Below, piece by piece: positions 9,761 through 21,719 of a DNA stretch of 64,000 nt (position 1 is the first letter of the stretch; every line of letters starts with the position of its first letter). The DNA is from Eledone cirrhosa (taxonomy: Eukaryota). The translations under genes and the position numbers were made by a program. The notes under the pieces were generated by a model. That model ran no database searches and was not told where the DNA came from. It saw only the letters and a program-made list of their open reading frames with translations. The stretch lies in NCBI GenBank assembly GCA_964016885.1, contig OZ024740.1, forward strand, positions 331,452,001-331,516,000, given 5' to 3'.

Positions 9761-12292
9761 TTGATATACGCGGATTTGCGTCCTTGTATATTATCAGGCA
9801 GTATGCTAACAAAGACATACTTACCCATTTCCTTGAAGAATATTCCCACCCCCCCTAAAATCTCGTATGAGAAATCATTGATAACTAGCATAAACTCATT
9901 CGTAAAACGTGTTCGGTGGCGTGCGTTCCACTTTGATAGGAGGTATGATAGCCCTGAGGAGAGGCGTAGTTTTAATAATTATGGATTTAAGACCTATAGG
10001 AGCCCCCCGCATAATAGCCTGTTGGATAACTTCGAAAGTGAGCTATTATCCCGTGTTAGGAATATTAGATATAAAAAATCTAGATGTACCAATAAATTTC
10101 AGAGTAAACTAAGTTCAATCGTTAGGGACTTTAGGGATAATAAATCCATTCTGGTCCCCTCTGACAAAGCTAAAAACTTATATAGTATGGATTATAAAAC
10201 CTATCGAGGCTTCATTTATAATGAACTACATAGGAACTACAAAAAAACAACGCAGAGTAATTTAGATAATATTAATCTGGAGGGGTATAACATAGTGGTA
10301 AAATTAGGTCTGGATAAACACACTCAGCCTTATTACCCCAGGCAGCCTAGATTCACCCTCAAGGACCACAAGGAAGATTTTATTAGCAGACCCTCGGTTA
10401 GGCTTATCTGCCCCTCCAAGTCTGACCTGGGGATTATTAGTAAGGGAATCTTGGATAGCGTTATTCCCCTGGTTAGAGAAAAAACTTTCCTTGAGCTTTG
10501 GGGTAACACTAGTGAGGTCATTACATGGTTCTCTACTGATTGTGGTCGTGACTCACTAAAATTCATCCAATTTGATATTGATGCTTATTATACATCTATA
10601 TCTCCTATTATCCTCAATAAGGCCCTCATCCTAGCCATGCGGAGGGGGGCAATTACTAGGCCACAGATAGATATTGTTCTCGCTGCACGTAAAACCATTA
10701 TCATGTTTGAGGATAATCTATGGACGAGAAAAAACACACCTGATAATTTTGACATCACTATGGGGTCGAGTGACTCTGCTCAAGTCACCGACTTAGTTGG
10801 ACTATACCTCCTCAATGAACTGCATAGTAACTTCCCTTTCCTTAGGGGTGGGTTGTACCGAGATGACGCTCTACTCTCCATAGATACTAGTAAGTATAAT
10901 ATAGAGCGCATTAGGAAAAAGCTGCATAGCTTTTTTAAAACTTTTAACCTATCCATTACAATGGATGTAAATGATAGAACTGTGAACTTCCTAGATGTTA
11001 CACTGGACTTGGATAACCATACGTACACACCGTACCATAAGCCCAATGAATTGCTGACTTACGTGAATACCTACTCCAACCACCCTAGGTCTGTCATCAG
11101 CGGTATACTGAAGGGCGTATCTAATAGAATAAGTTCACTCTCACATAGTGAGGAGGCGTTTGACTCGCAGGCTGATTACTATAACGACGCCTTAGCTAGA
11201 TCCGGCTTTAGGGACAAATTGTATTACACCCAGGGAAATAATGGTCCTAATAGTAGCTCTACCAGTGTTGTTATAACACATAATATGTCCATTGGTAATC
11301 GAGGTGTCGCGAATGGGAGGGTTCTAAATGCCGGTGGAATGAAACAGCAGGGCACCATTGGTCTAAGTAATAACAATAGAGGTGTCGTGAACGGGAGGTT
11401 TCTAGATGCCGGTGGAATGAACCAGCAGGGCACCATTAGTCTAAGTAATAGCAATGGTGGGCCTCGCAGCTCCCCGCATAGACTAGGTGAGCATAGGAAC
11501 CGTAGAAATAATAATGCTAATAATACTGATGGAAATAGAAAGAATAAAAAGAATAGAAGAAGATTGAATACATACTTCAACCCCCCTTTTAATTCTGAAG
11601 TGGCTACAAATATTCCTAGGGCCTTCTTCTCTGTGCTAGAACGGAACTTCCCTCCTGGTAATAGGTACCACTCTATCCTCAATAAGAATGTTGTTAAACT
11701 TTCGTATTCTACAACCCAAAATCTGGCCTCTCATCTGGCCATTACTAATAATAAGAAAATAAAGGAAGGCCTGGACAACCTAAGCCTAGGGGAAAACACG
11801 GTAGTGGATAGAGTGGGCAGTAACACTGGTGGTGATCTTTCTGAGAATAGCATCACCAGAGGTTGTAACTGTAGAAGGGCTTCGGGCTGCCCCCTGAATG
11901 GTTTCTGCCTTGTTAGAAACATAGTTTATGCGTGTGATGTGGTAACTACGGCGTCCACTATGACCTATATAGGATCAACTTCCACCCCCTTTAAGACCAG
12001 GTTTAACTCTCATCAATGCACTTTTAGACATAATAAACTGAAGAACTCCACCTCCTTGGCAGCGTACGTCCATAATTTAAAAAATGCACGAACACCTTAC
12101 ACACTTACTTGGCGGCAGGTTGCTAAATCCCATCCATATACTCCTCATAGTAGAGTATGCAACCTGTGCCTTGCCGAATCCCACTCTATTATATTTGCTA
12201 AATGCCCTCTACTAAATAGAAAGTCTGAAATTTTTTCCTCTTGCCCCCACCGAATATTAAGCTCTTTCTTCTACTTTAAACCTGTTAGCTAG
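9761..12292 (+). CDS. Intact Penelope-like (Naiad-type) RT + GIY-YIG endonuclease polyprotein, family A; probable start ATG at 9803
   Basis: Uninterrupted 843-codon ORF. N-terminal LPISLKNIPTP. RT motifs IQFDIDAYYTSI, ITMGSSDSAQVTDLVG, LYRDDAL, VNFLDVTL. YFNPPF, then CNCRRASGCPLNGFC. GIY-YIG motifs IVY...YIGST, KTRFNSH, CNLCLAE, LLN, CPH. Confidence 0.95.
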   Translation: MIYADLRPCILSGSMLTKTYLPISLKNIPTPPKISYEKSLITSINSFVKRVRWRAFHFDRRYDSPEERRSFNNYGFKTYRSPPHNSLLDNFESELLSRVRNIRYKKSRCTNKFQSKLSSIVRDFRDNKSILVPSDKAKNLYSMDYKTYRGFIYNELHRNYKKTTQSNLDNINLEGYNIVVKLGLDKHTQPYYPRQPRFTLKDHKEDFISRPSVRLICPSKSDLGIISKGILDSVIPLVREKTFLELWGNTSEVITWFSTDCGRDSLKFIQFDIDAYYTSISPIILNKALILAMRRGAITRPQIDIVLAARKTIIMFEDNLWTRKNTPDNFDITMGSSDSAQVTDLVGLYLLNELHSNFPFLRGGLYRDDALLSIDTSKYNIERIRKKLHSFFKTFNLSITMDVNDRTVNFLDVTLDLDNHTYTPYHKPNELLTYVNTYSNHPRSVISGILKGVSNRISSLSHSEEAFDSQADYYNDALARSGFRDKLYYTQGNNGPNSSSTSVVITHNMSIGNRGVANGRVLNAGGMKQQGTIGLSNNNRGVVNGRFLDAGGMNQQGTISLSNSNGGPRSSPHRLGEHRNRRNNNANNTDGNRKNKKNRRRLNTYFNPPFNSEVATNIPRAFFSVLERNFPPGNRYHSILNKNVVKLSYSTTQNLASHLAITNNKKIKEGLDNLSLGENTVVDRVGSNTGGDLSENSITRGCNCRRASGCPLNGFCLVRNIVYACDVVTTASTMTYIGSTSTPFKTRFNSHQCTFRHNKLKNSTSLAAYVHNLKNARTPYTLTWRQVAKSHPYTPHSRVCNLCLAESHSIIFAKCPLLNRKSEIFSSCPHRILSSFFYFKPVS

Positions 12293-13294
12293 CACGTCCT
12301 TATTCCTCCAGTTGGGCTGTCTTGTGTAACTGTCTCTGACTGAGTGTAACTGTCTCCTAATGTTGGTCGTCTATGTATACGAGTGTGTGAATGTATACGT
12401 ATGCCTGTGGGAGGATATTGATCTTGATATTGGGGTGTGCAGGGGAGTGTATGTTAATAAGCACCCCTGTTTGGTACAGTGGATATAACCCATCCACGCT
12501 GGCCTACCCACCATTAGTGCATTGGTGGACCTATCCTGACGTATATCTTGTTGATCTGTACCTCTGTATGCGCATGAGTTGTGATGTAATGTTTTTTATG
12601 TAAAGCGTGTACTGTGATTTAGGCTGCACTAGTAGAAATTTAGCCTGTAACTGTGGCGGACCCGTGCCATCCTGCCGTAAGCAGTGGATACGTGGCGCAT
12701 ATATGTGTTGCCCTCATATTCTGTGGTTCAAGATCTACAGGCTGACCTCTGGGAGCTCTTACCCGGGGTTGTAGTCTTTCTAGCACGATCGGCCTTCCTT
12801 ATATTGACGGTCGTTTTTATGATCCCGAAAGTAACGTTTTGGCCCCGATGGCCCTCCGTAGTTACTAACGGTCTGTGTACACTCGAATCGGTCAATGGCA
12901 CGTGCAGACATGAATATCTCCGTAGGATTTCAACTTTATTTTAATACATCTCATCGTATGTATTTGTTTTGAATATATTACCTGTGGTGGTGGGTCTGGT
13001 CTAATGTGGTATTTCGGTGTTTAATATCGTATTTAATATCGTATTTAATATCGGCTTTGACCCGGGTGTCCTACGCTGTGTGTGTGTGCGTGTGTGCCCG
13101 TGTATACATTTATATGTGTATGGGTGTAGGTGGTTATATGTGTCTGTGTGTATATATAAAAAAAAATATATATATATATATGTATACCGTCTCTGCATAT
13201 GCATGTGGTGTGTATACGTGCATATACGTGCTGAACATATTGATGTGTACAATCTTGTGATGTCCCAATGCGGTGACTTAATGGCTCTTGAAGC

Positions 13295-13333
<39 letters not shown>

Positions 13334-14022
13334 CTTCTGTCTTTTTATATATATTTTGTATGCGCTACAACTGTGTCTGCTTGCTTTAACCTCACCTCGC
13401 TTGCTAATGCATGTGAATTCTTCTACCTCCTTTGATGCACCTCTCTGACCATTTGACTCCTGCCCGTGTGTGAACCGGTTTGTGATTACCCCACCGCTCA
13501 ACTGTGTGAATGCACACCCATGACTTTCGAGTGAACTTTCGAGACTGCCCAACCTGGGACGCCTCCATTGCCTTGCAATGGTCAAGTGATACTGGTGACT
13601 GTGACACTTAGTGCCTTCGTGGGCCCCTGATGTTTTCAAGAAATATATTTTAAAAAATTGGTGTGTGAACCGGTTTGTGATTACCCCACCGCTCAACTGT
13701 GTGAATGCACACCCATGACTTTCGAGTGAACTTTCGAGACTGCCCAACCTGGGACGCCTCCATTGCCTTGCAATGGTCAAGTGATACTGGTGACTGTGAC
13801 ACTTAGTGCCTTCGTGGGCCCCTGATGTTTTCAAGAAATATATTTTAAAAAATTGGTCAAGTGATACACATAACTGTGACATTTAGTGCCTTCGTGGGCC
13901 CCTGATATATTCAAGAGATATATTCTAAAAAAATATATATCTTATCTCAATTTACTTTATTTCATTTTATTTTATTTCATTTCATGTTATCTAATTTTAT
14001 TTATTTACTTACTTGACTCCAT

Positions 14023-14073
<51 letters not shown>

Positions 14074-14141
14074 TATTTAAATTTAGATTTTAATTTTAAA
14101 ATTTTAAATTTAAATTTTAATTTTATTTATTTATTTAATTT

Positions 14142-14177
<36 letters not shown>

Positions 14178-14753
14178 TTACATTTAATTACATTTAATTA
14201 TACATATAATTATACATTTGATTTTAATTATATCTTATATTATATTATTTTAATTTAGTCTATGTTATTTGATTTTAGTTTACCTTATTTTATCTTATTT
14301 TACGATTATACTATATTATGTTCTATGTATATAATTTTTTATTTTTTATTTTATATTATTTTATCTCATTCCTTACCCTATATTTTATATTTTATATGTA
14401 AGTTTGTTATGTATTTCTTTGTATTTCTTTTTATATATATTATAAGTCTGTTTTTTACCTATTTTTTACCTATTTTTTACCTACTCTTACCTAATCCCAT
14501 TATCTTATCTACTCTTGTCTGTTCTCTTATCCATGTGTCTACTCTTGTCTGTTATCTTATCCATGTGTATGCTTGTATGTAACTATATGTTGACAGCACA
14601 CCGCCCAACTGTGACTGATAGCACCCCTTATTTTTATTTTTATTTTTATTTTTACTTTTATTTTTATTTTTATTCTTATCCTCTATCGTCTATTATTACC
14701 TTTCATTCTTCAATGTCTTGGATTTGTTATTGCTTGTATGGTATGTAATTAAC

Positions 14754-14811
14754 CTTTATGCTCTGATGAGTCCCACTTATAGTGCGGATGAAACAATGTT
14801 AGCAAGTAAAG
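14754..14811 (+). ncRNA. Type I minimal hammerhead ribozyme (family A, 3' pLTR)
   Basis: Identical to 9539-9596; predicted cleavage after 14800. Confidence 0.85.
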
Positions 14812-14944
14812 ATATGCATATGCTATAAGCGTTCTTTGTTATTTATTTATTATATTACGGCTCTGTCCTCAGACATTGAGCTAACCTCATACTGCCTGTT
14901 GGATAAGTGGAGTGTTATACACCCCTGATCCTTTCCCTAGCATC

Positions 14945-15024
<80 letters not shown>

Positions 15025-15030
<6 letters not shown>

Positions 15031-18000
15031 GGAAGCAGAAAATTGCCTATTGTAATCCAGTTCGTGGTTACGAAAGCCAGTTTCATGGACGGTTTCAACA
15101 TACAGTTAGGGGTAACTCCACAAGTATGTAAGAATCACGTTCAATCTTGGAGTATAAAGAATAAAAGAGAAAACATAGGTAAGCATTAAAAAAGCGATTT
15201 TATCCAGGTATTTACGACCGTTTCATTGGTAAGTGCAACCTTATATTGCTATACTGAAAATAGCAGCCACTCAATAATAATTGTTGTTCACCTCCAAATT
15301 TTCAAAATAATGAATAAGTTACTCGCTTACCTGTATTTTCTCTTTTATTCTTTATACTCCAAGTTTGAACGTGATTTTTACAAACTTGTGGGGTTACCCC
15401 TAACTGTACGTTAAAACCGTCTATGAATCTGGCTTTCTTAACCACGAACTGGATTACAATAAGCAATGTTCTGCTTCCCTAACTACAGGCTCCTTATCGG
15501 TCGAGCAACCACCTAAACATACGGTACTACTATGGAAAAGCATTACATAGGTATGTCCCTAAAGAACATTCCTATACCTTTGAGAAATGATTTACCCTCG
15601 GGATGATACAACGAACAAACGACTTTTTACGCCGGGTTAGAGGGAAAACTTTCCATTTCGACAAAGGACGTAACGATTGCACCGTGGAATGCGACAAGGA
15701 AACACACATACGGCTTGAAATCATGTAAGAACCCACCTACAAACTCTCAACTGGATGCCTTTGAACAGAACTTACTGAAAATGATTATGAATATCAAATT
15801 CAAAAAGCGGAGGAATAATAAACTCCAGAATGACATGATTACACCCCTAAAAAAGCTGCGAACTACCATAGAGTTATTGTCAAAGCGGACAAAACCCCAA
15901 ATGTGTATACGATGGATATTAATACATACAATAGATTCATACGGAAGGAATTACATAAGAAATATAAAAAAGCTAACGAGACGGCATTGAGCCACTTAGT
16001 CTGTACCCCCACATTTACTCTCAACGACCATAAGGTAAATTTTGACTATAACCCCACAATTAGACTTGTATGCCCGTCCAAATCGGACAGTGGGAAAATT
16101 AGTAAACATATATTAGACAGAGTGATAGCACAAATGAAGAATAAACTAGTGATTAAACTATGGGTAACACTACCGAAACAATTAAATGTTTTAACAGAAT
16201 AGCTAACAAAAAAGTATTTAAGTTTATACAATTTGACATTAACTAATATTACTCCTCTATATCACCCAATACCTTGAATAAAGCCTTAGCATTCGCCAAA
16301 GCCAATTCTGACCTGACAGACGACGAGATAAAAATTATATTAGCTGCTAGGAAAAGAATAATTAAATTTGAAAACGCCTATTGGGAACGTAAGGATAGAT
16401 TAAATAACATTGACATCACCATGGGGGCTAATGACTCGACTAAAGTTACAGATTTAGTAAGTATTTACATAGCCCATAATTTACAGAATGAATTTAGCGA
16501 CCTTCACGATAGAATCTAGAGAGACGCCGCCCTTCTCCTAGTTAAGAACCTAAATAACCAAAGGATAGAAAGACTGCGTAAGAATATTAGAAAGACTCTC
16601 GGGAAACTAGGCCTTAGCATAACGTATGAATATATCACTAAAATAGATAATTTTCTAGACGCGACGCTTAACCTAAATACAAGATTAATGAAAACTTAGC
16701 ATACATCAACTGTAATTCGAACCACCCACTATCCATAATTAAATCCGTTCCACGCAGCATATCCCTTAGGATATCCCGCCTCTCGTATAACCGACAAATT
16801 TTCGAGGAACACGCAGAGTACTACAATACGGCACTAGACAAGGCAGACCACTTAGATAGAGTAGAATATATAGATGAGAGCCTCCGCAGAGCACGCACCA
16901 ATAGGCATAATGCAAACTCCAGAAACACACGCACACACGCATTTACGCATAGAACTACAAAATATAATGAAAATAGAAATACAACATCAAAATCAAACAA
17001 GTCACGCAGTAGAAAATATATTTGGTATAACCCCATATTTAACACCTCTATTAGTACTAACCTACCCTCTACCTTCTTTAGAATAATAGATAAGCACTTT
17101 CCAGATTCACATAATTACAGCAAAATCCTTAACACTAAATCTATTAGACTATCTTACTCCACTGCACCAAACATAGAGGCACAGATTAAGATGCTTAACG
17201 CTAAAAAGATACGTAACAACACCGGAACACACATTTATAACAATAACAATACAATTACCATCGAACACAACAGAATATCTAATACACAGCCACCCACTAA
17301 TAGGCAAACAAAACGTAACACACTTGTACAGGCATCGCAGCCCACCAGTAATGCGAAAGTTGCCCAGGACAAGATTTGTAATTGCGACCTACCTGAAACC
17401 TTTCCATTGCATAATGAATGTATGCAGTCTAACCTGGTTTACCAATGCACAGTAGAATCAGACAACCAGAAATGGTATTACATCGGAGCTCCTGGGAATA
17501 CATTTAAAGCTCGGTAGTATACACACCGTTACGCAATGAAACACTCCCAGCACCGTTATGTAACTACCCTTGCAAACAAGACCTGGAAACTGAGGGAAAG
17601 TAACCCATCAATACACCCTGAAGTTGAAAGAATTATCGAACGCGCCACCATAACGGAGTGGTATGAGAAGCTGTCGGTTATGTGACCTTGAGCTGCTCCA
17701 CATTTTGAGTTCGAAGAATAAGTTACTCAACAATACAATCGAAAGATCAATCCATTGTAACCATAGGCTCAAAGAAAAGTTTTCGCACTACACTACAAGT
17801 GCAAATCGAACCTTTAACCTCTTACTACCACCTGACAAACTGCATATAATTAGACTTTCTACCTTCTTATTGTATCTAACCCCTTTAATTACCCACAATA
17901 ACCAATACCTATATCCCTCCCTCCTCCTTCATTCCTTTTATCTTTTCTTTTCGTTTTCTTCTCTTCTTCTCTCTTTTTTTTACTATCTTTTCTTTTCTTC

Positions 18001-18065
18001 TTTCTTTTCCCCCTTCTTTATTTTTATTTTTATTTATATATATATTTATCTCTCTATATCCCCCT

Positions 18066-18105
<40 letters not shown>

Positions 18106-18556
18106 CCTCCCACCTATAAACAATGTAATTCTCTTATACTCTCTACACTGTAAACCGACGACATGAAGTCTTCGAATGAAAACTGTTCGAGGAATCCTTC
18201 CATCTTTACCCCTCCCTCCATCTCCGTTTGTCACTCTACTTCCTAATTCTTCTCCCCCTGCCTCTCTTTCTATACTACTCTGTTTGTCAATCTACTTCCT
18301 AATTCATTTCCCCTTTCCTCTCTCTCTATACTAGTAAATACAATTCCCCAAAAATGTTGTTGTTTTTTTATATATTTTAAGAACCTTTTAAGAGTAACTT
18401 ATCATTATTTTGAAAATTTGGAGGTGACAACCATTATTATTGATGGCTGCTATTTGCAGTATAGCAATATAAGGTTGCACTTACCAATGAAACGGTCGTA
18501 AATACCCGGATAAATCCCTTTTTTAATGCTTACCTGTGTTTTCTCTTTTATTCTAT
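15025..18556 (+). mobile_element. Degenerate Naiad-type PLE family B with inverted 5' pLTR
   Basis: 15025-15185 is the inverse of 15325-15485. ~15155-15324 is the inverse of the 3' pLTR at 18391-18556. Both ends abut (TA)n. Confidence 0.85.
15532..17810 (+). pseudogene. Frameshifted RT + GIY-YIG of family B
   Basis: MEKHYIGMSLKNIPIP, PTIRLVCPSKSD, DITMGANDSTKVTDLV, CNCDLPETFPLHNEC, YYIGA, CRLCDLE, CNH. Many stops and frameshifts. Confidence 0.9.
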
Positions 18557-18575
18557 ATAAATAAATATATATATA

Positions 18576-18654
<79 letters not shown>

Positions 18655-19496
18655 ATATATATACACACACATATTACTCTTTTACCTGTTTCAGCCATCC
18701 GACTGAGGCCATGCTGGGGCACCGCCCTTATATATATATATATATATAATGTTGCACGTAATATTCACCAGTCAAATAATGAAAGAAAAATTTCTACTCG
18801 GCGATATTTAAATTATGCACAAGGCTATAATTTGAGATGAAAGGTCCACTTCAATTAAAATATACCTCAATCCTGTCAAATATAACTTGCTTTTTTCTAA
18901 GCCTGGACAGCAACGGTAAAATTCCGGGGTTGTGAAGTCGTAATCTTATTAGAATTATTTATATCAAATCTGCTTAGATTTACGATCGAACCTTGAATAT
19001 GCTGTCGTTTTATTTTCAAGTTATAACTCGGTATGATATTTCATTAACCGCTAAGATCTTGGAGGTGTAAGATCAATTATATACGAAGCAATTTAGACAG
19101 AGTGTCTAATTATAAAAATATCAATAAAAAAAAATATATAGATATATATATATAAACGGAAAAAATGAAACGAAATTTCATTTCCCACTCTTAGTACAGC
19201 TGTTACACCGAGCATTATAATAAATGTTCGGTGAATCCATACGTATATATATATATATGTGTGCATGTATGTATATATATATATATACATACTACTGTAC
19301 GTCTGTATACATATATGTATGTACGTGTACATACTTATATTTAAGTAACAGCCGTACTAAGAGTGGGAATTAAAATTTTGTTTCATTTTTTCCGTTTATC
19401 GTTTTCGGTGCACCCGGCCGATTAATCCACTCAATATGCAAATTGGGCTACTCAGCCGTTAATATGCATAAGGTAAGTATATACGTTCAACAATCT

Positions 19497-19561
19497 GACA
19501 GGAAGTTATACGTTGCTGACGATAGTTAATAAGCTTGAAACTAGTAGAGCGTTCCTTTGTC
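19497..19561 (+). ncRNA. Type I hammerhead (family H, copy 1)
   Basis: GACA-GGAA..CGTTG-CTGACGA-T-AGTT-AATA-AGCT-T-GAAAC-TA-GTA-GAGCG-TTCC-TT-TGTC. This copy has a G.G mismatch next to the cleavage site. Confidence 0.78.
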
Positions 19562-19918
19562 AGTGTTGAACAAACGAGCAACGATGGTTGCTGGACACTA
19601 CGGCTTAAAACGTGATGTTTGTTTACAAACACACCGAGCATTATAATAAATGTTCGGTGAATCCATACGTACATATATATATATGTGTGCATGTATGTAT
19701 ATATATATAGATACTACTGTACGTCTGTATACATATATGTATGTACGTGTACATACTTATATTTAAGTAACAGCCGTACTAAGAGTGGGAAATGAAATTT
19801 CGTTTCATTTTTTCCGTTTATCGTTTTCGGTGCACCCGGCCGATTAACCCACTCGATATGCAAATTGGGCTACTCAGCCGTTAATATGCATGAGATAAGT
19901 ATATACGTTCAACAATCT

Positions 19919-19983
19919 GACAGGAAGGTATATGTTGCTGACGATAGCTAATAAGCTTGAAACTAGTACAGCGTTCCTTTGTC
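19919..19983 (+). ncRNA. Type I hammerhead (family H, copy 2)
   Basis: Stem I TGTTG/CAGCG, core CTGACGA, stem II AGCT-AATA-AGCT, palindromic stem III ACTAGT, triplet GUA. Confidence 0.87.
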
Positions 19984-20175
19984 AGTGTTGAACAAACGAG
20001 CAATGATGGTTGCTGGACACTACGGCTTAAAACGGGATGTTTGTTTACAAATACACCGAGCATTATAATAAATGTTCGGTGAATCCATACGTACATATAT
20101 ATATGTGTACATGTATGTATATATATATACATACTACTGTACGTCTGTATACATATATGTATGTACGTGTACATA

Positions 20176-20254
<79 letters not shown>

Positions 20255-20286
20255 GGCTTCTTGCTACATTAATTTCTATACTTTTC

Positions 20287-20327
<41 letters not shown>

Positions 20328-20596
20328 ATATATATATAAACGGAAAAAATGAAACGAAATTTCATTTCCCACTCCTAGTACGGCTGTTACTTAAATATAA
20401 GTATGTACACGTACATACATATATGTATACAGACTACAGTAGTATGTATATATATATATATACATACATGCACACATATGTATATGTACGTATGGATTCA
20501 TTGAACATTTATTATAATGCTCGGTGTGTTTGTAAACAAACATCCCGTATTAAGCCGTAGTATCTAGCAACCATCGTTGCTCGTTTGTTCAACACT

Positions 20597-20661
20597 TACA
20601 AAGGAACGCTGTACTAGTTTCAACCTTATTAGCTATCGTCAGCAACATATACCTTCCTGCC
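20597..20661 (-). ncRNA. Type I hammerhead (family H, inverted copy)
   Basis: Reverse complement of the same motif, with one stem II mismatch. Confidence 0.75.
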
Positions 20662-20790
20662 AGATTGTTGAACGTATATACTTAACTTATGCATATTAAC
20701 GGCTGAGTAGCCCAATTTGCATATCGAGTGAGTTAATCGGCCGGGTGCCCGAAAACGATAAACGAAAAAAATGAAACGTTCAACAATATA

Positions 20791-21684
20791 TACGAGGTGT
20801 CTCAGAAAAGTTCCAGAACTGATATCACAAAAGATTTATTTCATACCCAAACTTCACACTGAGAGTTTTCCCCTTCAAAGTAATCCCTCTGGAGTATGTA
20901 ACTGTAATATTAGCTCTCTGCAGCGATGAAACTTTTTTCTTCATAAGTTTATATACATGTCCTCTGTTTCTGGTCGTCAAGCAATGAGCACAGAGCAACG
21001 AACAAACTTGAAGTTTCTGGTACGGTTGGGGAAAACTCCGCTGCAGCAAGTGTATGGAGATGAGACAATGTCACGCTCACGTGTGTTTGAGTAGTGCAAG
21101 AGGTTTAAAGAAGGACGCGAGGACGTGGAAGATGACCCCAGGAGTGGAAGGCCCTCAACAACCAGGACTGAGGTCAACGTTGAGAGCGTCAGGCAGATGG
21201 TGCGTAGCGAAAATCGGCTGACTGTTCGACTGATGGCAAATGAACTGGGCATGAATCGGGACAGTATCTGGAAGATTCTCACTGAAGATTTGGCGTGCGG
21301 AAAGTCTGCGCGAATATGGTACCAAAACTGCTGAACGATGACCAGAAGGGTCGACGCATGCAAGTATGCCAGGACATCCTCGAGCGTCTTAAAACCGAAC
21401 CAGACTTGCTAGGGACAGTCATCACCGGTGATGTGTCATGGATGGATGTTCGAGTACGACCCGGAGGGGTTCCGTTTTGAAGACGTTGACGACATCAAAA
21501 AGACTGTGATGACGGAACTGCGGAGGATCCCGGAAGAATCCCTACAGGACTGCATGCAAGCGATGGAAAACTGCAATATACTCCAGGGGGATTACTTTGA
21601 AAGAGAAAACTCTTAGTGTGAAGTTTGGGTTTGAAATAAATCTTTTGTGACATCAGTCCTGGAACTTTTCTGACACACCTCGTA
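20791..21684 (+). mobile_element. Internally deleted mariner (Tc1/mariner) transposon
   Basis: TIRs TACGAGGTGTCTCAGAAAAGTTCC... / ...GGAACTTTTCTGACACACCTCGTA, with about 75 bp of terminal complementarity. TA flanks. Confidence 0.92.
20984..21616 (+). pseudogene. Mariner transposase remnant
   Basis: MSTEQRTNLKFLVRLGK, EDDPRSGRPST, MVPKLL (WVPHEL-like), VITGDVSW, EYDPE, then a jump to RFEDVDDIK. Most of the catalytic domain is deleted. Confidence 0.9.
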
Positions 21685-21719
21685 TATATATATCACATAT
21701 ATATATATATATGTATTAT

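Larger units (their letters stand above)
2385..14943 (+). mobile_element. PLE family A partial tandem: 5'-truncated copy (2385-4549 plus 7952-9728) followed by a full unit (9729-14943), interrupted by a 3.4-kb insertion
   Basis: 2385-4549 is nearly identical to ~11007-13175. 7952-9728 is nearly identical to ~13173-14943. The 3' end abuts (TA)n. Confidence 0.9.
19154..20788. repeat. ORF-less 422-bp hammerhead-containing tandem/inverted repeat (family H, retrozyme-like)
   Basis: About 2.3 direct units at 19204-20178 (period 422). Inverted stub at 19154-19205. Inverted unit at 20338-20788 across a (TA)n tract. Confidence 0.85.

Noticed and set aside
11224-11922. Antisense ORFs overlapping the PLE A ORF (also 2602-3300)
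   Set aside because: Shadow frames of the coding strand with no independent motifs.
13020-13052. Short repeat arrays (TTTAATATCGTA x3 etc.) as CRISPR-like
   Set aside because: Contiguous tandem repeats without spacers, in a eukaryotic TE context.
7952-14943. LTR retrotransposon interpretation of the long direct repeats
   Set aside because: No gag, protease or integrase, no TG...CA ends and no PBS. RT + GIY-YIG with a partial tandem indicates a PLE.
18430-18510. Possible hammerhead in the family B pLTR (GAAACGGTC)
   Set aside because: No CUGANGA-like core or convincing stem I in either copy. At best a decayed remnant.
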